Below, one piece after another: positions 9,073-16,047 of a stretch of 64,000 nucleotides of DNA. Source of the stretch: Sphingomonadales bacterium (lineage in GTDB: Bacteria > Pseudomonadota > Alphaproteobacteria > Sphingomonadales > Sphingomonadaceae); the NCBI GenBank assembly GCA_044508875.1, contig JBIQHE010000020.1:3402-67401 (forward strand). Direction: 5' to 3'. A program made the translations under genes and the position numbers. Each line of letters begins with the position of its first letter. The first letter of the stretch is position 1. A model generated the notes under the pieces. The model saw nothing but the letters and a program-made list of their open reading frames with translations, was not told where the DNA came from and searched no databases.

Positions 9073-9852
9073 ATGAGCGCCGGAACGGGCGCAGCTGCCG
9101 CGCTGCATCAAGCCCGCCGCTCGGGCCAGGCACTGGCGGCCTTTCCCGCGCCGATCCCTGCGACCCTCGCGGACGCTTATACCGTCCAGCGCGACCTTTG
9201 CGCCGCGCTCGGCGTCCCGCTGCTCGGATGGAAGGTCGGTCGCATTCCGCAAACGCTGATCGAGACGCTGGGCGCCGAGCGTCTCGCCGGGCCGGTGCTC
9301 CGGGTGGCGGAACTTGACGGCGAAGCGCCCGGCGACGCGCGCGTCTTTGCCGGCGGCGTGGGCGCGATCGAGGCCGAAATCATTCTCCGTTTGTCCGCGG
9401 TTCCCACCCGCCGCCTCGCGAGCGATAGGGAAGCAATGAGCTTCATCGACGAAATCCGTGCCGGCTTCGAGGTTGCAAGTTCGCCAGCCCCCGACGTTCA
9501 CGATCACGCGCCCTACGGGATTATCGCCGATATCGGCATCAACAACGGTCTGCTTCTCGGCCCGCGCCTTGATGCCGAGAGCTTCGACCGGATCGTTATC
9601 ACCGAAATCGAGGGATCGCGCGTTGGCTCTTGCCGCCCCTGCGACATTCTCGATGGCCCGCTCGGCTCGCTGCGCTTTCTCGTCGACCTCCATATGGACG
9701 GCGTGATCGCATTGGAAGCGGGGCAGTGGATTTCGGCGGGCGCGATTACCGGCGTGCATCCGATAGCGCCCGGCCAGACCGCAACCGCTCATTTCGGCGA
9801 AACGGTGCGCATCGCCTGCACCGCCAGCACCGACCCCGGATTTGCCTCATGA
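9073..9852 (+). CDS. 2-keto-4-pentenoate hydratase / 2-oxohepta-3-ene-1,7-dioate hydratase family protein (MhpD/HpcG-like)
   Basis: 259 aa. AYTVQRDL...LLGWKVG motif typical of the hydratase/decarboxylase family. Its stop overlaps the kdgK ATG (ATGA at 9849-9852). Confidence 0.65.
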   Translation: MSAGTGAAAALHQARRSGQALAAFPAPIPATLADAYTVQRDLCAALGVPLLGWKVGRIPQTLIETLGAERLAGPVLRVAELDGEAPGDARVFAGGVGAIEAEIILRLSAVPTRRLASDREAMSFIDEIRAGFEVASSPAPDVHDHAPYGIIADIGINNGLLLGPRLDAESFDRIVITEIEGSRVGSCRPCDILDGPLGSLRFLVDLHMDGVIALEAGQWISAGAITGVHPIAPGQTATAHFGETVRIACTASTDPGFAS

Positions 9853-10868
9853 TCGAGCCTGCCAACACCATCGCCTGCTTCGGCGAGATCGTTCTTCGAC
9901 TAGCCGTTCCCGCCGGCGAGCAACCGCTCCAGTCGCCGCGGTTCGACGTCCACGTCGGCGGCGCCGAGGCCAATGTTGCGGTCGCGCTGGCCGCGCTCGG
10001 GTACCGGGTGCGGATGGTCAGCGCGCTTCCTGAAGGTCCGATCGGCGATGCCGCCATCACCGAGCTGCGTCGCCACGGAGTCGACACCAGCGCCATTTTG
10101 CGCCGGCCGGGGCGCGTCGGCCTCTATTATCATCTGCCGGGGGGCCCTGCGCGCGCGAGCGAGGTTCTCTACGACCGCGCCGACTCGGCCTTCGCCACCG
10201 CCGAAGCCGATGAGTGGAACTGGGACGCGATGCTCGCGGATGCGAGCTGGCTTCACCTCTCGGGCGTCACCCCCGCGCTCGGCCCGCAGAGCGCAGACGC
10301 TGCGCTCGCCGCCGCAAGGACGGCGCGCGCTGCCGGGCTCGGCCTGTCGTTCGACGGCAATTGGCGCGGTCGTCTCTGGGAGCGCTGGGACGCCGACCCG
10401 GCCGCGACCCTGCGCGCAATCATCAGCGAAGCGAGCCTGCTGTTCGGCAACCACCGCGACGCCGCGCTGCTTCTTGGCCGCGATTTTTCGGGCGAAGGTG
10501 GCGAACGGCGGCGCGAGGCGGCACTTGCATTGCTCAGCGCCTTCCCGAACCTTGAGCACATCGCCTCGACCGCGCGCCACATCGTGGGGTCCGATCGGCA
10601 CGAGCTTGCCGCCCGCATCGACCGCCGCGATGCCAGTTGTCAGACCGAGGCGCGCGTGGTCGCGCCGATCGTCGACCGCATTGGCACGGGCGACGCCTTT
10701 GCTGCAGGAGTGCTGGACGGCCTGTTCAAAGGCGCCAGTATCGAAGATTCGGCAGCGCGGGGCCTCGCACTCGCATCGCTCAAGCACGGCCTGCGGGGGG
10801 ATTTCGCACCCTTCTCACCCGCAGCCGTCGCCAGCGCCGCCCACGGAGCGAACGACGTCGCGCGCTGA
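9849..10868 (+). CDS. kdgK: 2-dehydro-3-deoxygluconokinase (PfkB family sugar kinase)
   Basis: The ORF track starts at 9630, but I place the start at ATG 9849 (MIEPANTIACFGEIVLRL) because it overlaps the upstream stop. PfkB motifs GGAEANVAVALA and DRIGTGDAFAAG. Confidence 0.85.
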   Translation: MIEPANTIACFGEIVLRLAVPAGEQPLQSPRFDVHVGGAEANVAVALAALGYRVRMVSALPEGPIGDAAITELRRHGVDTSAILRRPGRVGLYYHLPGGPARASEVLYDRADSAFATAEADEWNWDAMLADASWLHLSGVTPALGPQSADAALAAARTARAAGLGLSFDGNWRGRLWERWDADPAATLRAIISEASLLFGNHRDAALLLGRDFSGEGGERRREAALALLSAFPNLEHIASTARHIVGSDRHELAARIDRRDASCQTEARVVAPIVDRIGTGDAFAAGVLDGLFKGASIEDSAARGLALASLKHGLRGDFAPFSPAAVASAAHGANDVAR

Positions 10869-10922
10869 TCCTTTGCCCAATGGGCGCCCATATCAGCGCG
10901 CCGGTGACCCGGCTGTTCCCAA

Positions 10923-10932
10923 CTAGGGGACC
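10923..10932. repeat. Left arm of the 10-bp inverted repeat CTAGGGGACC flanking the HNH gene
   Basis: Read directly. The reverse complement GGTCCCCTAG occurs at 11508-11517. This arm ends 17 nt before the HNH ATG. Confidence 0.8.
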
Positions 10933-10949
10933 TGTGCGCTGGTGGGTCG

Positions 10950-11495
10950 ATGTTCGCGGGCAAATCCGAGCAGGCGCGCCGCAAGACGTGCGCCTGTTGG
11001 AACGGTCGATTTGCAGAAAAGCAGGCTCTGATCGGCATCGATAGCTGCGGCTATTATCAAGGGCCGATCAATGGCCAGTATGTCAAAACCCACCGCGTCG
11101 CCTGGGCTCTCCACTTTGGCCAATGGCCGCTGCACGAAATCAACCATATTAACGGCGATCCGCGCGACAATCGCATTTCCAATCTGCGCGATGTCGAGCA
11201 CCAGGTTTGCCATCACAATGCAGCCCGTGCGAAGAACAACCGATCGGGGGCCTCTGGGGTTTTCTGGAACCGCCGGATGCAGGGCTGGCAGGCTTCCATC
11301 CGGCGCGGCGGGAAAAACCAATGCCTCGGCACGTTTCGCACCCTCGAAGAAGTGCCCGCGGCGCGCAAAGAGGCGGAGCGAGAACTCAACTATCATCCGA
11401 ACCACGGCGAGCCCCGGAATTTCGTGCGATGCTTCATCCCCTGCCGAGACCGAGCGAAAGTTCAAACCGAGCGATGCGCCGAAACCGGGTGCTGA
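10950..11495 (+). CDS. HNH endonuclease with C-terminal AP2 DNA-binding domain (phage-type)
   Basis: 181 aa. [35 protein letters not shown]...HHN is the HNH_3-type motif. [45 protein letters not shown] is AP2-like. Confidence 0.85.
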   Translation: MFAGKSEQARRKTCACWNGRFAEKQALIGIDSCGYYQGPINGQYVKTHRVAWALHFGQWPLHEINHINGDPRDNRISNLRDVEHQVCHHNAARAKNNRSGASGVFWNRRMQGWQASIRRGGKNQCLGTFRTLEEVPAARKEAERELNYHPNHGEPRNFVRCFIPCRDRAKVQTERCAETGC

Positions 11496-11507
11496 TGCTT
11501 TTTTTGC

Positions 11508-11517
11508 GGTCCCCTAG
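11508..11517. repeat. Right arm (GGTCCCCTAG) of the inverted repeat flanking the HNH gene
   Basis: Read directly. Begins 13 nt after the HNH stop. Confidence 0.8.
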
Positions 11518-11606
11518 CGCACGCAGTTTCGTTCCTCCTAACCTAGGACTCGCGATTTTTGTCGCGCCTTTCCGCCATGTTCTGCATCAATCGGCTCAAT
11601 CCTCAT

Positions 11607-11661
11607 TACGGCATTGCCGTATTTTCTTCCTTGCGCTGCCTACGGCAACGCCGTATATAAT
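11607..11661 (+). promoter_or_regulatory. Toxin-antitoxin promoter with two palindromic operators
   Basis: TACGGCA-T-TGCCGTA at 11607-11621 and TACGGC-AAC-GCCGTA at 11641-11655. TTGCGC (11631-11636), a 17-nt spacer, then TATATA (11654-11659; TATAAT at 11656-11661). The ATG is at 11666 with no Shine-Dalgarno. Confidence 0.6.
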
Positions 11662-11665
11662 TCGC

Positions 11666-11995
11666 ATGCAGACGGTCATCGAAACAAATGCCTATCTCGC
11701 TGCCGCCAAGGATGTGGGTATGAGCGATGACGAACGTGCGGCGGTTGTCGATCTGATCGCAGCCAATCCGCAGGCCGGCGATATCATGCCGGGATGCGGC
11801 GGAGCCCGTAAGCTTCGCTATGCCAAGCCCGGCAAAGGAAAGTCGGGCGGCTATCGCGTCATCACCTATTTCGCTGGCGATGACGTGCCTGCCTTCCTGC
11901 TCACCGTATTCGGGAAGGGCGAGAAGGTTTCGCTATCGCAGGGCGAGCGCAATGCTCTCGCTGCCCTGACGAAAACTCTCAAGAGCACGCTGTAG
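11666..11995 (+). CDS. Type II toxin, HigB-2/RelE-superfamily-like
   Basis: 109 aa. The ORF track's longer 262-aa frame is trimmed to ATG 11666. The pattern [27 protein letters not shown]...[15 protein letters not shown] parallels Vibrio HigB-2 (GTGGLRKIR...GKGKRGGSRIIYYF...LLTIYGKNE), recalled from memory. Confidence 0.75.
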   Translation: MQTVIETNAYLAAAKDVGMSDDERAAVVDLIAANPQAGDIMPGCGGARKLRYAKPGKGKSGGYRVITYFAGDDVPAFLLTVFGKGEKVSLSQGERNALAALTKTLKSTL

Positions 11996-12006
11996 AGGAG
12001 GCCCAC

Positions 12007-12300
12007 ATGGCAAAGGGTGCATTCGACAAGATCGCCGCTGGTCTTAATGACGCGATTGCCTTCGCAGAGGGCGACACTGCGCGCGGCAAGATCGTGGCCG
12101 GTCCAGACATCAAGGCGATCCGCGGCAAGGCGAAGCTGTCTCAGGCTGCCTTTGCCGAGAAGCTGCATATCAGCGCAGCCACTCTCCGGGATTGGGAGCA
12201 GGGCCGCCGTATGCCCGAGGGTCCAGCACGCACCCTGCTCGGCATGGTCGACGCTGATCCGGATGCGGCGTTCAAACTGCTCGCCAAGGTTACCGTCTGA
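12007..12300 (+). CDS. HTH (XRE/HigA-2-like) antitoxin
   Basis: 97 aa, starting 11 nt after the toxin stop. HTH segment KLSQAAFAEKLHISAATLRDWEQGRRMP. Confidence 0.8.
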   Translation: MAKGAFDKIAAGLNDAIAFAEGDTARGKIVAGPDIKAIRGKAKLSQAAFAEKLHISAATLRDWEQGRRMPEGPARTLLGMVDADPDAAFKLLAKVTV

Positions 12301-12304
12301 TCCA

Positions 12305-12676
12305 ATGACCGCCATCGCGCGCCACTCCCTATCCAAGACCAGACCTACCGAGCTCTGCATGCTCGCCGGCCGGTGGAGCGGCGCTATGCCTGACCTGGCT
12401 GGCGCGATGGTTGAGCGCAAGTATGATGGATTCAGATGCCTTTTCTTCCCCGGCCTAGACCGGCGCCCCGGCCTTTGGACGCGCAACGGGATGCCGATGA
12501 TCGGTGCGGGGCATATCCTTGCCCGCTTGCTCAAGGTCGAAGCGGCCATGGGAGGCGCTTATATGATCGACGGAGAGTTCGTGGTCGACGGGGCGCTCGC
12601 GGCGACGAAGACCCACTATGAACGCGGTTCGCGCATGGGGGACGCCGGCACCTTCCATCGCTGCGAGCGCACCTGA
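12305..12676 (+). pseudogene. Truncated ATP-dependent DNA ligase (N-terminal adenylation fragment only)
   Basis: Nucleotidyltransferase motif I ERKYDGFRC and motif III MIDGEFVV are present. The ORF stops about 25 aa after motif III, and motifs IV, V and the OB domain are absent in all frames downstream. Confidence 0.6.
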
Positions 12677-12760
12677 TCCGGCGGCATGGGAGTGGCGAGA
12701 GGGTAGCTTTCCGCTCCCGATCTCCTTGTTCATCCTGTCGATGATCCGCTGCGCGTGCCA

Positions 12761-12820
12761 GTAAGCCGGTGTAAACCGCGTAAAAGCGCGCAACATGGCG
12801 CAACATGGATGTAAACCGTT
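12761..12820. repeat. Six phased 10-bp units (gtaaRccg-type and caacatgg-type) beside the tRNA 3' end
   Basis: Read directly: gtaagccggt gtaaaccgcg taaaagcgcg caacatggcg caacatggat gtaaaccgtt. tgtaaaccg is exact at 12770-12778 and 12810-12818. gcgcaacatg is in tandem at 12788-12807. Confidence 0.6.
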
Positions 12821-12879
12821 CGCGGCCTGTTCCCAAAGGCGGGCTGCAAGCAACAGACTGAATTTAAACGGGAAATTTA

Positions 12880-12953
12880 TGGAGGCCCGAGCCGGAATCG
12901 AACCGGCGTATACGGATTTGCAGTCCGCTGCGTCACCACTCCGCCATCGGGCC
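12880..12953 (-). tRNA. tRNA-Cys (anticodon GCA), CCA encoded
   Basis: The reverse complement, GGCCCGATGGCGGAGTGGTGACGCAGCGGACTGCAAATCCGTATACGCCGGTTCGATTCCGGCTCGGGCCTCCA, folds by hand. It has a 7-bp acceptor stem, anticodon loop CTGCAAA, T-arm GCCGG/TTCGATT/CCGGC and the U73 discriminator typical of Cys. Confidence 0.95.
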
Positions 12954-13199
12954 TCGCGCCGAACTGCCGTTGCCGCACGAGCGGACGGCCGGGTGTTGGA
13001 CGGGTTGCGCTAGTGAGGGGCTTTCGCCGCCTTGTCAAGGATTCGCCTGACCCGCCGCGATTATCGCGATCCGGGGTTGGCGGCGTTCTTCCGCGCCGCT
13101 ATGCGCGGCGGCGGTGCGGGCAGCATGGCTGTATTACTATTGCAATACAGCGCAGCTTCGGCTAGAGCTGCGCCGCGAGGTTGAAACTCCAGGAATCGG

Positions 13200-13871
13200 A
13201 TGGCAGGCATGGCAACCCAATTGAGCGATATCAGCGCGGCCGAGATGCGCTCGGCGATGATCGACAGCCAGCTTCGGACCAACGACGTCATTGACCCCGC
13301 CGTCGTGGCTGCAATGGCCGCGGAGCCGCGCGAGGCGCATGTGCCCGCACCGCTCGCGAGCGTCGCCTATATAGACCGCGCGATCGACCTTGGCGGCGGG
13401 CGCTACCTGAATGCTCCGCTCGTCACCGGCCGGATGCTCGTCGAGGCAGCGATTCGCCCCGGCGCCCGCGTTCTGCTCATCGGCGCCGCGACAGGCTATG
13501 GCGCGGCCCTGCTCGCCCGCCTCGGCGCGGAAGTTCACGCGCTCGAAGAGGATGCCGCACTGATCGCAGCGGGACGGCAAGCGACGGCTTCGGATGCCAT
13601 CCGCTGGATCGAAGGCCCGCTTTCGGCCGGAGTCCCCGATGGCGCCCCGTTCGACCGCATCATCATCGACGGCGCAATCGAGATTCTGCCCGATGCGATC
13701 GCCGATCAACTTGCCGAAGGCGGCAAGCTCGTCGCGGCCCGGCGCGAAGGTGCGGTTGTCCGCCTGGTTCAGGGCGTCAAGGCGGGCGGTATCGTCGCGC
13801 TGCGCCCCTTTGCCGACATGGACGTTGCGCCCTTGCCCGGCTTCGAGGCGCCTGCCGGGTTCCGGTTCTAA
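13200..13871 (+). CDS. pcm: Protein-L-isoaspartate O-methyltransferase
   Basis: 223 aa with the SAM-binding VLLIGAATGYGAALLARLG. The pcm-tolC arrangement is common in alphaproteobacteria. Confidence 0.8.
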   Translation: MAGMATQLSDISAAEMRSAMIDSQLRTNDVIDPAVVAAMAAEPREAHVPAPLASVAYIDRAIDLGGGRYLNAPLVTGRMLVEAAIRPGARVLLIGAATGYGAALLARLGAEVHALEEDAALIAAGRQATASDAIRWIEGPLSAGVPDGAPFDRIIIDGAIEILPDAIADQLAEGGKLVAARREGAVVRLVQGVKAGGIVALRPFADMDVAPLPGFEAPAGFRF

Positions 13872-13908
13872 AAAACTTTCTCTCCCATTTCATCAGGCTG
13901 AAACGATC

Positions 13909-15417
13909 ATGCACGATCCAGACCACAGATTGCCCCGCAGCCGCTGGCTCGCCGGCCTGGCGGTCAGCGCTCTGATGATGGCTTCTGCCGCCAAGGCCGA
14001 AACGCTGCAGGGGGCGCTCGCAAAGGCATATGAGAATAATCCGACGCTGACCGCTGCCCGTGCGGGTCAGCGGGCGAACGACGAAAATGTGCCCATCGAG
14101 AAGAGCTTCGGCCTCCCGAGCATCGGCACGAGCACCGACTATACCGAGAATATCGTTATCCCGGGCAACAGTTTCTCGTCGCCCGCGCGCTCCGTCAGTG
14201 CCGGCGCGCAGCTGTCGGTCCCCATCTATCAGGGCGGCGCGGTCCGCAATGCGGTGAGGGCAGCCAAATATCGCGTCGAGGCGGGCCAGGCTGATCTACG
14301 CGCAACCGAGGCGAGCGTCTTCGCGCAGGTCGTCGGCGCTTATATGGACGTGCTGCGCGACATGGCGATCGTCCAGCTCAACCAGAACAATGTCTCCGTC
14401 CTGCGGACCAATTTGCAGGCGACGAGCGACCGATTCGAAATCGGTGACCTGACGCGCACCGATGTTGCTCAGTCGGAGGCGCGCCTCGCGCTTGCCGAGG
14501 GCGATTTGCGCACCGCCGAGGCGAATCTCATCGCCAGCCGCGAGGCCTATATCCGGCTTGTCGGCGAGGCACCGGTCGACCTTCAGCCGCCTCCGCCACT
14601 CCCGAACCTGCCGGCGACCGCGGAGGATGCGGTCGCGATTGCGCTCGCCAATAACCCTGACATCGAGGCGGCGAATCAGCTGGTCAACGCATCGCGCGCC
14701 GACATCGGCACCGCGAAAGCCAGCCGGGCGCCCAAATTGTCGGCGACGCTCGGCGGCGGCTACAACAATTTCCTCGGCTCGCTGTCGAGCGGGGTTCCCG
14801 GCGTCGGCGTGTCGCAGGAAACGTCGAGCGCGGCGGCGGGCGTCTCACTGACCATCCCGGTCTTCCAGGGGGGACGTCCTTCGGCACAGGTCCGCCAGGC
14901 GCAGTCGCGCTCGAGCCAGGCGATCGAGACCTATGTAGCGACCGAACGCGACGTCATTGCCCAGACCCGCGGCGCCTATGCCGCGTGGCAGGCGAACGAG
15001 CGCGTGATTGCAGCGACGCAGCAGGCGGTGAGCGCCAATGCGCTGTCGCTTGAGGGTGTGCGTGCAGAGAACAGTGTCGGCACGCGCTCGATCCTCGACA
15101 TCCTCAACGCCGAGCAGGAATATCTCAACACACAGGTCCAGCTCGTCTCGGCGAAGCGCAATAGCTATGTTGCCGCCTTCTCTGTTCTCGCAGCGATGGG
15201 CAAGGCCGAGGCACGCGACCTCGGCATTGAGGGAGGCCCGCTCTATGATCCCGCCGCCAATTATGCGCGCGTGAAGGGCCAGATCTGGGATTGGGCCGAC
15301 GATCCTGCGCCGCAGCAGCAGGCAACCGACACGCGCAACGTCGCCGCAGCCGATGCCAGCGTGCCCGAGGGCACCAATCCCCTGATCGGCCCGGTTGACC
15401 CCGCGCTCCAACAATAG
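13909..15417 (+). CDS. tolC: TolC family outer membrane efflux protein
   Basis: The ORF track's 607-aa frame is trimmed to ATG 13909. Signal peptide, then ETLQGALAKAYENNPTL and the duplicated OEP repeat structure. Confidence 0.9.
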   Translation: MHDPDHRLPRSRWLAGLAVSALMMASAAKAETLQGALAKAYENNPTLTAARAGQRANDENVPIEKSFGLPSIGTSTDYTENIVIPGNSFSSPARSVSAGAQLSVPIYQGGAVRNAVRAAKYRVEAGQADLRATEASVFAQVVGAYMDVLRDMAIVQLNQNNVSVLRTNLQATSDRFEIGDLTRTDVAQSEARLALAEGDLRTAEANLIASREAYIRLVGEAPVDLQPPPPLPNLPATAEDAVAIALANNPDIEAANQLVNASRADIGTAKASRAPKLSATLGGGYNNFLGSLSSGVPGVGVSQETSSAAAGVSLTIPVFQGGRPSAQVRQAQSRSSQAIETYVATERDVIAQTRGAYAAWQANERVIAATQQAVSANALSLEGVRAENSVGTRSILDILNAEQEYLNTQVQLVSAKRNSYVAAFSVLAAMGKAEARDLGIEGGPLYDPAANYARVKGQIWDWADDPAPQQQATDTRNVAAADASVPEGTNPLIGPVDPALQQ

Positions 15418-15491
15418 GGCTTGGCAAGGTTCCTCCCCGCCCGGTAAGAGATAGTTAACCGCCCGTGAGGGGCGCGCCGGAAGGGACATAT

Positions 15492-15917
15492 ATGGGCGAC
15501 CTGTCGCGAGAACCGTCGATGGAGGATATTTTGTCGTCGATCCGGCGCGTGATCGCGCGGGACGAGGCGCCCGGATCCGCGCGCGCGCCCAGCCCCGCCG
15601 ACGACATCCTCGACCTCGCCGAGGAAGAAGCCGATGACGCCGCGGCCGCGGCCGCGGTGACCGACGAAGAGCTCGTTTCTTCCGAAAGCGCCGACGCCGC
15701 ACGCCAGTCGCTCAGCGCGCTGAGCGCCGCAATCACTGCGCCCGCTCCCGCTGCGCCCGCGCCCGCCGCGCCCGCCCCGGGTGGCCGCACCGTCGAAGAA
15801 GTGGTGCTGGAGGCGCTGCGCCCGATGCTCAAACAATGGCTCGACACCCATTTGCCGGCCATGGTCGAGTCGATGGTGGCAAAGGAAATCAGCCGGATCA
15901 CCGGCCGGCGGCTTTAG
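15492..15917 (+). CDS. DUF2497 domain protein (PopZ-like C-terminus)
   Basis: Acidic, Ala/Pro-rich middle region (APAPAAPAPAAPAPGG). Conserved N-terminal PSMEDILSSIRRVI and C-terminal VEEVVLEALRPMLKQWLDTHLPAMVESMVAKEI. The start could also be GTG 15465. Confidence 0.7.
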   Translation: MGDLSREPSMEDILSSIRRVIARDEAPGSARAPSPADDILDLAEEEADDAAAAAAVTDEELVSSESADAARQSLSALSAAITAPAPAAPAPAAPAPGGRTVEEVVLEALRPMLKQWLDTHLPAMVESMVAKEISRITGRRL

Positions 15918-16025
15918 GCGCCCCTCTTTTGAGGCCTGTTCGCCCTGAGCGTTCCGAAAGGCCTTCCTCCTGACGAGAAATGGACGAAAGAGAAGGCTTC
16001 GCGAAGCTCTGCGTGCGCGGCTGGT

Positions 16026-16046
16026 GCCGGTCTTGACGTGACCGGC
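16026..16046. terminator. Hairpin GCCGGTC-ttgacgt-GACCGGC just downstream of nudC
   Basis: 7-bp perfect stem, read directly. No U-tract, so function is uncertain. Confidence 0.3.
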
Positions 16047-16047
16047 C

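Larger units (their letters stand above)
10869..12879. mobile_element. Degraded integrative/phage-derived islet abutting the 3' end of tRNA-Cys (no integrase present)
   Basis: The cargo is exclusively mobile-type: an HNH-AP2 endonuclease, a toxin-antitoxin pair and a truncated phage-type ligase. The region is visibly more A/T-rich than its flanks and ends at the tRNA 3' end. I found no att direct repeat by eye. Confidence 0.45.

Noticed and set aside
12455-12853. 132-aa minus-strand ORF starting next to the tRNA, considered as an integrase remnant
   Set aside because: There are no tyrosine-recombinase motifs (R...HxxR...Y) and no DUF4102-like N-terminus. It overlaps the ligase fragment in antisense. 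Composition is unconvincing.
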